Shown here piece by piece: positions 1 through 48,779 of a stretch of DNA of 64,000 nucleotides. This DNA comes from Lama guanicoe. Its lineage: Eukaryota. Position 1 is the first letter of the stretch; every line of letters starts with the position of its first letter. The stretch covers positions 2,632,485 through 2,696,484 of the forward strand of contig MU053431.1 in NCBI GenBank assembly GCA_013239625.1, written 5' to 3'. The position numbers and the translations under genes were made by a program. Below the pieces are notes generated by a model. It saw only the letters and a program-made list of their open reading frames with translations. It was not told the origin of the DNA and ran no database searches.

Positions 1-479
1 CGGTAATTTGAGGTCTGGGGTATGAGAGAGGGCGTGGCCAGTGTGGCCGCGGCCCGGAGGTGGCTTCTAGTACCATGGGAGAAGACTTGTTCTAAGCCAA
101 CACCGTTCAGGGGACAGGCGTCTGGGTGACAGGGCTTCGCCTAGCTGGGCCTTGTACCAGCCAGGCCCAGGCCAGAGAACCAGTCGGACGCCTCTGCCTG
201 CGCCGCACCTGTCCGGGACCCGCCAGACCCCTCCCATTTCCTGCCTGCGCTCAGGGAGGGATCTCCATCTGTTCAACGGGCCGTCGCTCCCTCCCAGCCC
301 CAACGTCAGAATTCCAGTAGGAAATGGGGTGGGGGCTCCCGAGACCGGCTGTGGCCTCGGCCACCACTCTGCTCCACTGCAGGGGCTGGGGAAGATTTTC
401 TCCGCGCAGAGGAAAAAGTGACCGCAGGGTGGTGCTAGCCTGGGGGACAGGAGCCCCCGCAGGTCACCTCCCCCAAGCT

Positions 480-1060
480 AAGGCGCGCTGATCCCTAAGG
501 CCTGACCGCCGCCCCTTCATCCCCGCCCCAGCGCAGGACAAAGACACCAGGGACCCTGTTTGGCCGGGACGCACCCCCGACTCCGAATGCAGCCGCCGTT
601 CGGAGTCCGCCAGGACCCGCCCCTGTCCCTCTAGGTCCTCGAGCCCCCAGCCCGCGATATCCCCCGCTCCCGGGTCCAGCCCCGCTCACCGTCCACATCC
701 CGGCGCTCCCCGAAGCCGGTGCGCACAGCCCCGGCTCGGCCTCGCGGGGGGCTCAGTTTAGTCCTCAGCTCCGTGAACATGGGGCCCGCGGGTCCCCAGC
801 CCAGCCGGTGCACACGCCCCTCGCCGGGCGCAGGGCGGCCCGTGCGGCCAGCGGGGAACGCGCGCCGCCGCCCCACCCCAACCGGCCCCGCGCCCGAGCC
901 GGTCCCCGCGCCCGGCGAGTCTGCGCGGCGAGGCACCTGCCGCTGAGCTTGAGAGCGGGGCGCGCTCCGGGAGCTCCGAGTTTTGTCGGCGGCGCGCGGA
1001 CCTGCGTACGCGAAGGGTGTCCGCCGCGGCGAGGGGCATCCGTGCGCACCTAGGCATGGG
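480..1060. promoter_or_regulatory. CpG island / SAMD10 promoter and exon 1
   Basis: Very high GC and CpG density around the SAMD10 start codon. Boundaries judged by eye. Confidence 0.75.
690..780 (-). CDS. SAMD10: SAMD10 coding exon 1 (rest of gene lies left of the window)
   Basis: ATG at 780. Encodes MFTELRTKLSPPRGRAGAVRTGFGERRDVD+1 nt, then donor G|GTGAGC at 690/689. Matches the recalled SAMD10 N-terminus and its synteny head-to-head with PRPF6. Confidence 0.93.
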
Positions 1061-2299
1061 ACTGTGCACCTACAAGGGGTCCAGGCTCTGAAGGATCTGA
1101 GGCAGGGACGTAGGGGTGCATTAGTTCCCTGTGTGTGTGGAGGGTGGGGGAGTATCCTACCTGCTTCTGGGACCTTTTGCCCACTGGGACCCAGGTCGAG
1201 GGCCCAGACCCCCCACCACCACCACCAGGTCCCTCCATTCTCCCATGTCGGTTTACTTATTTATTCCTTTATTCGTGCATTCTCTGGGCCTCTCTGGAGG
1301 GCTCTCCTTCAAATGGCCACTCACTTTCCTAGAGAAGCCAGTTTGACCCTCTCTTGCCCCCCACCACCCTATGAAGGTTAGGAGGGCAGCTGGGATCTCT
1401 CTCTTTCCCTCTGTAGCCCCAGAATCTGACTCAGTGCCCACGGCGTGTCACTCCAAGGGGCTCAGCTGGGAACAAGGAGGAGAGAGAAACTCGGAGGAGG
1501 CCACAGCAGACAGGAGGGATGTGTCTGGTTCATGACCCCTGTGAGAAGTGTTTGGGTGGGCTGGGGGCTACCTGGTCCAGCAGAAGACCAGACTTGTGAC
1601 TAGCTTTTTGCCTGCTCTGCCAAAGAGACCGAAGGCTCTCCCCAGGTGTATATGGGGGCCAGAGGATGTCCCACACCCACCCCAGCAAAGGTGCACACGG
1701 ACAGGCAGACATGCATGCAGAGGACAGTCTTGCGTATCCACCTCAAACATGAGCACAGATGATCTGACTTGCACCAGTGCCCACCAACACACTCAAGTAG
1801 ATTTGCACTGAATCCACCCACATGCTGTGACCGCCTATGCCCACACACTGACTTATTCTGTTGCATTTATTTATTTTCATCAATTAGCTGCTTAGGGTCT
1901 GGGCTCCCACCGTCATCGGAATCACCAGAATCACCGAATGTTCAGGGTATGGTGGGGGTGTGAGTGGGGCTTGTATAGGTAGGTACCAGCGCCAGGACTG
2001 AGCCCAGAAATCTGAGTGCGAAGAGCCAAGGCAGCAGTCTGCACACGGGGGCACCGCAATCACGACGCATACACTCCGCACAAGCTTACACACTGGCTAG
2101 GTGTGCAGCCCGCTCAGATGTGTTAGGCCCTGCCCCAAGCCAGGGCGACTCTGAAGGGCAGGGTGGGCGGCTCAGGGGTCCCTGACGACGGGGCCGGCTT
2201 AGGGTGGAAGGGGACCCATGGGTCCTGCTCGTACAGGCAGGTCTCGGAAATGCATCGAGAACAGGCAGTGAGAAGGGACGCCCCAGGCTCAGTGCCGAG

Positions 2300-39494
<37,195 letters not shown>

Positions 39495-39576
39495 CTGCAG
39501 GGCCTTGGGGTGCACACGGGGGGATCTGGTGGGGAACAGGGGCTGAGGGGCCCTGAGCGGTCCGTCCTAGTCTTTA

Positions 39577-39582
39577 ATTAAA
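39577..39582 (+). terminator. PRPF6 polyadenylation signal (ATTAAA)
   Basis: ATTAAA about 83 nt after the stop, followed by GT/T-rich downstream sequence. Confidence 0.75.
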
Positions 39583-41937
39583 GATTTTCTAGGTAGTTGT
39601 GGGGTGAGTGACCTGCTGGTTTTCTCTGAGTTCCCCCCCCCCCACCCCCCACACCCTGTGTGTGCTTTGGCCACTCCCCAGTGTGGCCTGGGCTGTGCAG
39701 GGCTCAGGCTCACTTTCAAGGAGGCATCCTGCAGACAGCCGCAGACAGCCTGTGCCCCACGGAGGATGCCCAAGGGAAGAAAGAACCTCACTGAGGTTTT
39801 GTGGAAAAGGTGCTAGGGGTCACATTCTGGGGAGAGGCCATGCCTTGGGGGCAGCAGGTGGCTGGCCCTCCTGGCGACTCCAGTCCATGTCCCCCCCTCC
39901 CCCCGTGCGTGTGCTCTCCCCAGGGCGGGCAGAGGGCCCCATATCACAGGACTGCAGGTGTGGGGGGTCTGCAGCCTCACTGAGAGCAGACAGGCCTGGC
40001 TCCCCGCAGTGCTACTGAGGATGTGAGTATGTGGGGAGTGAGTTTCTCCCATTTGCAGGTGAATTCATTTTTGCTAACTTACAATCAGCAGTTTTACCCT
40101 AAAGCACTTGTAACTGCTTCTCTCTAGACTGAAAGTGTATTCGTTACCTGGGAGCCTTGAGTGTGTTTTCATAATGTAAGGATGAGACTTTCTTGGGCTC
40201 TGGATCCTTGCATCTGTGTTTGTTTGGAAATAGCCAGTTCTCTTGGAAGGGCTGTGTTGGCCATGGTTGGAGACATGTGGCCAGAGGTCAGAGGTGGTCC
40301 AGAGGCCGTGGGCCACGGAGAAGAGGCGTAGATTGCCATGTGTGATGACAGGAAGGCCAGCTGGCTGTTGTTCCCACACATTCTCATAAGGAAAGGCCCC
40401 AGAGGGGCCCCTTGGTGCCTCACGGTGGGGTGAGCTCTCTCGTGGCGGCCAAGGTTGGGGTGCATACCCCTCCACGTCAGCACCTGGGGTGTGGGCATCT
40501 GTCCAGAGAGTGAGGGCCCTGCTGGGTCCACCCCCGATGTTCTGGCAGCCCCAAGGACAAGGCCAGCCCAGGACTGGACCAGACCGCCCTGTGTCGGGGC
40601 AGGAACTGCTGTTGCCCAGGCAGGCAACCTGGGCTGGGCCCCGCTCAGATGGGCCGACTCTGGGGGTCCGTCCTGTCCTCACCCAGAGAGGCCGGTCCTG
40701 GGGAACCATGCTGGAGGGTCTTAGGTGTTTTCACTGAAACTTGGGGGTTTCCTTTGATCTCTGGCGGTGGGGGGAGGGATCCCTCCCCTTACACTGAAGA
40801 GTGAGCCCTGAAGAGTTTAGAAGCTTGGAAGCCAGCCTGTCCCTGTCAGATGTGGAAACTGAGGCCCAGGAAGGGGCAGTGACTTGGCTGTGGCCACAAG
40901 GCAGCTGTGCCCTGAGTCGGGTGTGGCTTCTGGGGGCACTTCCTCCGACCTCCAGTCAGGAGAGGCCACCCATGGGGCCCTTGAGAAGTTCCTGAGCATC
41001 TGGATTGTCCAGAGAACGTCTCCTTTCTCCTTTGCCTGGGGTGCTTCCCTCAGCACCTTGAGGTGGCGGTTACATCTCTCTTCTCCCTGGGAAACACCCC
41101 TTAGCTTTTCTTCGGCTGCTGCTTTCCAGCCCCAGCTCGAGGCGAGCGGGTTCCTCGGCTTCCTTGCTCTGAGGCCTGGGGTGGGGAATTTGGGGGGGTG
41201 GCTCCCTGCAAGCCTTTTTGGGCCAGTGGCCATGCCCACCCCCCCAGTGATAGACCCCTCCGTCCCTGCAGGGGTGAGTAGCAGGAGGCACCTCTGCAGT
41301 GCTGGGCCAGCGGGGAGCCTGGGAAGTCCCACGCCTGGGACCTGCTGGGGCAAGACCCCCCCCACCCCCGCCGCAGCCCCATGGCAGGGGAGGGAGCTGG
41401 GGTTGGGGGGTTAAGTCCTGCTCACCTGGTTCTGCCTGAGGCCAGGTTCCTGGAAGAGACAGCACCTGCTGACCACTGAGGAAGGCCCCTGCCTCTCCTC
41501 CCCTCCCCCAGCAGTGGGGCCCTGCACTGCCCTCTGCTCACCCAACACGCTCCCCCTCCTCCCCACTGGGCAGAGCAGATATCCTGGGTCTGATGGCTTA
41601 ATCCAAGAGCCACTGGGTGGGAAGACAGCCCAGTGGGGCTGGGCTCCAGGGTCAGGTTAATTGAAGAAGCGATTGGATATGGGGTGGGGAGACGTTGGGG
41701 GCAGGGCTGGGATCCTGGGGCCTCCCTCTGCTCCCTCCCTTCTTTGCTCAGAGGAGCCAACTTCAAAAGCCTTGTCTGCCTGCCGCCCATCTGCACGCTT
41801 GTAGCCCGCCAGGGAAGCCCTGGTGGCCCGGCTTGGAGCAGGACCTGGAGTGGCAGCTACACTCCCCACCTGAGGACCCCAGGTCATGTGCGAGGCCCTG
41901 TGGTGGGAGTGAGGGAGAGCCTGACCCTGAGAGGCCC

Positions 41938-44262
41938 ATGGTGAGCAGCTGCGGGCTACTGGGGAGGGGGGCTTACTCTGGCCAAGGGGCAGGGAGCCTG
42001 TGTGGCTGGGAGAGGTGCCCCACTGGGAAATCCCCCTGGGTTGCTGTCACTGAAGCTGGGCCCTGGGGGCCCCCCGCCTGGCCTTCCCAGCAGTGTTGAG
42101 GAGACGTCTCCCTCCCGGTGCTGGACAGGCCTCCCCAGGACTCCCTGGTCAACCAGGCTGCCCCACGTGGACGCCCCTCCAGCACCTCCAGCTCTTGTCC
42201 TCACTGTGACCTCTGACCTTCAGCAGGCAGAGGGGCGACTCAGGGCGGGGGTGGGTGGGTTTCAAGACCTGGCCACAGCCAATTGCATCTGCTTTTCTGG
42301 TGCCTCAGGCAGAAGCCCCCCCACGGACTCCCAGCTCTCGTCCTGTGAGGTCAGGCTCCCCAGCCAGGGCTGGGAAGCAGAGTCGAGTCCTTGCCTGAGT
42401 CCCGAGTCTCACTGGGTTCACATGACTAATTTTCTGGTCACTGTGGAGTCCAGCCTGGGTGCTGGGAGCCGGGGACACGTGGCTCTTTCTCTTTGATGCT
42501 GGGGCTTGTGCTGAGGGTGGGTCTCTTCCCAGAGCGCCAGTTCCCTCCATTCTGGGGGAGGGGAGGTCTGCAAGTGGAATGTTTGGTGAGGCTAACAAGG
42601 CCCCTTCCGCCCTTAGCCTCGGGCTTTCCCCAGGCCTTCCCCTTCTGAAGGGGTGTGGCCTTGAGCTCTGAGCCCTCACCCCTGTCCGGGTTGGGCTGGG
42701 GGTGCTGCCCAGCGGTAGAAGGGAGCAGGTTTGTTCTGCTGTCCTGCAGGGAAGGCAGAGCAACAGCCGTGCAGCCACTGCCCAGGGCACCCAAGGCCCC
42801 GCAGTGTGCTGGGGAATAGGGTGCTCGGGGCCCAGCTCCGGTAGGGGTGGATCAGGGCATGGCCGGGGCGAGGCTGTGCTCAGGGTACTTCCTGCTATGG
42901 CTACCCCAGACCTAGCCAGCCCTGCCCTCCACAGGCCTGTGGGCACTAGAGCCCTCACACCTGTGCAGACCAGAGGTCCAGGTGCTCCTGCCTTGGGAAG
43001 CCTGTCTCTTTCCTGGCCCCCAGCATTCACCCTGCGACCTCTGCATGAGTTGAGCTGTCCAGCGTGCAGGCCTTGTCCATCCTTCCCAGACCCACACCCA
43101 GAGCGTTTGCTGCACGGCATGGTGATGCCTCCATACCAGCTCACAGGCTGTTCTGGGGTGGTCGGGGTAGGGTGGCCAAAACACACTGCCTGGGGTGTTG
43201 CAGGAGGGGAGCCCCCCTCCACAGGCCTGGGTGCCCCACCCTGACCCGGTGTCCCTTGCAGGGGCCCCCCAAGCCTGCACTCTGGGCACTCCTGCTGGTG
43301 TTGCTGGGGACCACACAGGGCCGGGCCGGGCTCCGCACCTGCAGTGTCCCCGACGTGCTCTGCCACTACCGGGCGGTCATCTTCCAAGACCTGCAGGCCG
43401 CAGCGAGGTGGGTGGGGCCAGGGGGCGAAGGGACGGGGCTGGGCTCCAGACACCTCCATTTCGTTCAGAGAAACCTGACTGGAGCTGCGGCCTCCCGACG
43501 GCGGGGCCGGGTGGGAGCCTCCTGTGGGGCCCAGAAGGTATGGAGACACCCCCACCCAAGCCCTCCGTCCCCCTGAGGCCCCTTCACAGGGCTCGTCCTC
43601 CAGTTGCTTATTTCCTCCCCTCCCAGGAGCGCAGCATCCTACTGTCCATCCTGTCCCTGGGTCGGACCCTACGTGGGGCGGTGGCCCGGGGCCGCCGTCG
43701 GGCACTGGAGAAAGTGGCATGGACTGTGGCCTTGCGCACCGAGGCGGTGATGCAGCGCTACTGCTGGACGCTGCGCCAGGTGCGCGTCCCCAAGCGTGCA
43801 CAGGTCCAGACCCCCGTCCCATTCGCTCCTGCAGCCCCACAGCCTCATGGCCTGGGGGCGCGAGTCGGGCCCACACCGTGCTGCGACTCCCCCAAGGGCT
43901 GGACTTGAGGGCGGGTGGGCCTGGGGACCCTGCCCACTCCCTGACCGATGCGTCTCCGACAGCAGAGCTGGCGGCCTCAGACGCGCCCTTCCCGGCGTCG
44001 AGGCGGCCGGAGGTGGCTCCTGCTACACGCCCTGGACGCCATCGCCACCTGCTGGGAGAAGCTCTTCGCACTGCGCGCAGCGGCCGCGCAGCAGGGTGAA
44101 GAAGAACGAGCGAGGCTGAGAAAGAGCCTGACGGGGGCACAACCAACGCATCGAAGCCTGTGCTCCCCACAGAGCCCACGACCAGGAGACCCGATCCCGC
44201 CTGGCCATGCTGGTCCCAGAAGGGCCCGCCCCCCTCGCCCCGAGGAGGCTCCGATAAATTGA
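41938..44262 (+). CDS. C20orf204: C20orf204 orthologue, predicted secreted protein. Exons 41938-41940 (ATG only, inferred), 43262-43537, 43627-43779, 43963-44262; 243 aa as sequenced
   Basis: GPPKPALWALLLVLLGTTQGRA..CSVPDVLCHYRAVIFQDLQ..SCGAQK | ERSILLSILSLGRTLRG..RTEAVMQRYCWTLRQ | QSWRP..LDAIATCWEKLFALRA matches recalled human C20orf204. Splice sites are canonical and all phase 0, and the gene is syntenic between PRPF6 and SOX18. The ATG exon is inferred from ccATG|GTGAGC. Confidence 0.85.
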
Positions 44263-45358
44263 GCTGGTGCTGCGGTCTGGTCTTCCCTTTCTTCACCTGC
44301 TCCTGTGGGGCCGGGCAGGGCTGGGCCGCCCCAGGTCTGCGCCTTGGTGGGGAGCGGGTGCTGGAGCCACCGATGCACATGGCGGGGGCCTGAGGAGACA
44401 TTTTCCTCCACACCTGGGTGGGGGCTGGAGCAGGGACAGTGCTCCCAGGCTCAGGCAGCAGGGGGCAGCTCGGGACCCTGGACGCGACTCCTGCTCAGTC
44501 CACGCCTCAGGCTTGGTGGAGGGGGGTGTCCCGCCACCCGGGGACTCCTGCCGCCCTAAAATGTGGCATATCCGTCCTGCTCCACTCTGGAATGGGGGAA
44601 GGGGTGGAAATGGAGGGGAGGGGAAGGCTGAGCTTTGTGCATTCAGAGCAAAACAACCGGATAAAGGAAATGGGCCTGAAGGGAAGCTGGGCCAGGCCGT
44701 TTCCTGCAGCCCCGGGAAGGGTGGCGGCAGCCCCCTCTGTGGGACTGGACAGGCTGGCCAGGGACACACTGGCTTGTGTCCTGGGACCCAGTGTTTGCTT
44801 GGCGGGGCTGGGGGTCGCTAATCCCTGGGCTCCCCCACCTGCAGCTGCACAGGCCTGGAGGGATGGCCCCCCTGTAATGAAAGCCCCTGGAGGAGGGGAG
44901 ACAGCTGAGCAAGCAGAGCGCCTGGCCAAAGTGGATGCCTGGTGGACACACACCTGTCGTCACTCTTCCCCTTGACAGGTGGACGCACCCCGGAGGCACT
45001 CAAGCAGGCCTTCCCTCTGGGCTACCCCGCAGAACAAAGGCAGGCAGGAGGTGCAGAAAGGTCTTCCTGATGGAGCTGGCACAGCTGCCCCGACCCAGCC
45101 CTGCTCTGTGTGTCAACATACTCAGTCTGTGCAGCAAGCATGACTGTTTTACAGACCAGGGAACTGAGGCTCTGGGAGGTCACAGGACAGCTAAGAGCTG
45201 GGATGAGAGCCAGGCCCCAGCAGCGCTACACCCCACATGTGCCCTGGGCACAAAATGGGGTCCTCAGTGTGATTCAGTGACCTAATAGGCTCCCAGGCCA
45301 CCGGGTACAGCTCACCTAGGGGGCCATGCTCTCTGAGTGTGAGGGTGACGCCTGTGGT

Positions 45359-45361
<3 letters not shown>

Positions 45362-45400
<39 letters not shown>
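45362..45400 (+). repeat. (CA)~19 microsatellite
   Basis: Uninterrupted CA run. Confidence 0.97.
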
Positions 45401-45402
<2 letters not shown>

Positions 45403-46661
45403 GGAGCATTCCCCAGGGCTGTTCTCACAGCACTCGCGCTCCGCACACTCCCTGGTGTGGTCAGTGGGCTGTGGGGAAGGGCGTGCTGTGGGGGCTCCAG
45501 CTGGGGCTCGAACACGTGAGGGAGGAGCTTGGGCAGTGCCCGCCCAGCATGGTCTAAGCCGAGGAGGGACGTCAGAGTTGGGATTGAGTCAGATCCCTGT
45601 CCCTGCACTGTGCGTGGAGGTGGCGTGTGCAGGGGGCCTGTGTGGTGAGGTGAGGCTGAAGGAGGTGGGCCTGGACATGAAGGGGTGAGGGGAGGTCCAG
45701 CCAGCCCTAAGGTCCTGGCCTCAGACTGCACTTGGGAAACCCTGATGGGGAGTGTGGTGAAGGGAGCAGGCCCATGCCTGATGGGCTACTCCCCTCACTG
45801 GGCTCCCGCCAGGCAAGCCTTGGGGTGCAGCCAGGTGTCCAGCTAGGAGGTAAAAGGCCCACTCTGGTTGGGACACAAGGCATGGCACAGCTGAGCTGGG
45901 ACTGGGGAAAGTCAGTAAGAGAGTCCACAGGCCTGGGTGCAGGGACTGGCTCCTGGCACTTGGGCCTGCCCCAGCCCGAGGGCCTGGGGGGAAGAGCTGC
46001 CTCTCCTAACAACATCTGGATGTGGCTTCCAGGGCCGCCCTTCCATCCACCCATGCCTGAAGCAGGTGCAAACCAGCCACAGTTTTGGGGCAGCTGGGGG
46101 GAGGGGTGGGGCCTCAGAGTTATGGGGGGACAATCCCCATCTGAGTCCTGGGCTGCAGACACATGAGTGGACAAGATACTCCTGCACCCTGGCCCCACTG
46201 TTCCTTCCTGGGGGTTCCTGCCAGAGCTGCTCTAGAATGTGGATGTGAGTGAGTGTGTATGCCGCGTGTACGTGCAGATGTGTGCAGGTGTGTGTGCTTG
46301 TGTGCGTGCACGCACGGGTCCAGGCTCCCTGACCTGGCCCAGCCTCCCACCTCCCGCCTCCCCTTGCCCGGCCAAGCTTCCCTCTCAGGCAGCCCCTCCT
46401 GATTTGTAACCCTGGTCTGCCCTGGGTGTGGGGGCTGGAGGCCTGTGGCCTGAGCTCTCAGAACCCAGTGTCCCCCACCCCCATCTCACTTCTAAGTTGT
46501 TCTCAGCACAACACCCCCCACCAACACACACAGTGTCCACCTTCTGCACCTTCTCTTGAGGCCTCAGTGCTGGGCAGGGGCTCTGCACATCTTGCCCAGT
46601 CCTGCTTCTGCCAATCCCCAGATGAGGGGCCAGCCTCTGTCCCCACATCTCAGAAACCATC

Positions 46662-47066
46662 TGCATCAGTCTCCTAGGGCTGCTGTATAACAAGCTGTGT
46701 GGCTTAACAATAGAAGTTTCTTCTCTTGAAGTTCTGCAGGCCAGACGTCCAGAATCAGGATCACTGACCTGAAATCTGGTGTTGCCAGGCTGTGCTCCCT
46801 CCAGGGGCTCCAGGGGAGCATCTGCTCTTGCTTCTTGCAGCTTCTGGTGGCTCCAAGTACGCCCCGGCTCGCAGCTACATTGCTCCGATGTCTGCCCCTT
46901 TCTTCTCTCTCTCATGAGCATCTTTGCCACTGGATTTAGGGCCACCTGGATGATCTCCTCACTTCAAGATCCTTAATCACATCTGTCAGGACCCTTTTTC
47001 CAAATAAGATCCTGCTTACAGGTTCTGGGAGGTGGATGTATCTCTGGGGCCGCCATTCAACCCACT
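46662..47066 (-). mobile_element. MaLR LTR (MLT1-like) solo LTR
   Basis: Begins catcagtctcctagggctgctgtataacaa..ggcttaacaatagaa and ends ggatttagggccacc..ttccaaataag..ccattcaacccac, typical of MLT1-family LTRs. Confidence 0.75.
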
Positions 47067-48567
47067 TCAGCATCTTTCTTGATGCAGTTGGGGGCAGGGT
47101 GGGCTTCTGGCTTCTGGGACAAAGGTCACTTGTCCAGGATGGGGACAGACCCGGTCTGGGGCAGGCGCAGAGCCACACTGAGCTGCTGAGAGACACAGAG
47201 ACATGGGATGGGGGGAAGCTGGGGCCGCCCTGCCCAGACCCCATTAGAGGACTCAGAGGTGCCTGCTTCTCAGACTCCACCACCAGGGCACCCTGTGAGC
47301 TGCTCTGATGTTCACTGGCTGAAACTGACCAGAGCCGACACAGACATGGAAGGAGACTCAACCGTAGGGACAGAGCCATTGGCCGTGGGGCCATGCAGGC
47401 CAGACTGTGGGGGTTGTGACCTGGTGGGCAGGCCCTGTCTTTGGAGGACTCGAGGCATCTGCCAGGCCTGGGTGCACTGCCCTCCCTGTCAAGAAAGGGG
47501 CCCGAGCCTGGTTCTTCCTCCGTAAAACGCTGTTTCGGGGGCACATGCGTGGTGGGGTTGGGGCCTGCACCCAGTGGCGTCCTAGCCCACACACGTGCCT
47601 TCTCAGCTGCTTCCATGGAGGTGGAGGGGTGGGGCCCAGAAGGAGGGGCTGTGCCAGGGTGGCAGATGGGGCCGCAGGGCACTGGCCAGGGAGCCAGACC
47701 CCCCATGTGCAGTGCCGCAGGGAGGGGCCAGGCAGGCTTTGAAGGGTAGTCTGGGTCCCACGACCTCCCCAGACTGGGAGCCTTTGAAAGAACATCTGGA
47801 ACACGGGCGACAGGCTAACTAGTCTCTGGATTTGAAAACCAAAAAGTGAATCCCAACTTTGCCACTTGTGTGTTCCCCGTTCCTCACCCTGCTCCTCTCT
47901 CTCCCCACCCTCACCTCCCACCTCCGCCCCTTCCCAGGCTGCCAAGGGGCTGCAGGGTGGGGTCTGTGCCAGCCCAGAGTGCTGGCCCTTCTGAGGGCTG
48001 CAGACTGCCTTTGTCCTGCCCTAGGCCAGCTCCTGGGCTCCCCGGCACCTCCCCCATCCCCTCCCCCACTGGCCACCACCCTAGCCCCGCTGAGCACCGG
48101 GAGGTGGTGGGAGGTGGTGGGAAGGACCTGCCATGCCAGGCCCTGGAGGCGCACTTCCCATTTTCACGGAGCACGGCTGTGGGACAGGACGTGAGTTAGC
48201 CAGGACCTGCATCTGGTGCCGGGCGCTATGCGGGCCCTGGAGGAAACACCTGCACCTGACCTAAAAGGGCATCTGGCCCTTGCCTGCGAGCCCGAGTGTG
48301 AGGTCCCCCAGCCCCGCAGGCATGCAAGGAGGCGCCTGCCCCAGCTGTGGCTGACGCAGAAACAAAGAGGCTCCCACTCCAGGAAGCAAAGCAGAGACTC
48401 ACGGGAGGGGGAATACCAGGTGTTGGAGACCATTGTCCCTGCCAGTGGCCTGCGGGACCCTGGGGGGCGTCCAGGCTCAGTCCCCATCCTGCCCCCTGCC
48501 TAGGAATAGACCCAGCTTTGTAAACACAGAAACAAACAACCAGTGTGCTCCGCCTACCCCCCCCCCC

Positions 48568-48594
48568 NNNNNNNNNNNNNNNNNNNNNNNNNNN
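48568..48594. other. Assembly gap (27 N) within a poly-C run
   Basis: N run flanked by C homopolymers. Confidence 0.99.
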
Positions 48595-48779
48595 CCCCCC
48601 CCCCCGCCCAGTTAAAGTTCGGAAGAAGCAGCAGGGATCCTGCACCTGCTGAGTGAAATGAGCCCTTGTTTGGGGGGAAATGAGGAGGTCAGGATCTGGA
48701 GGCCGGACTCCCTGGGGTTGGACGCTGGTCCTTGGGTCACCTCGGGCCTGGAGGGGCCCAGCTAGGCCTCCCTCCATGG

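Noticed and set aside
40835..40900. MIR-like core fragments (also ~45145 and ~60116)
   Set aside because: Too short and diverged to call reliably by eye.
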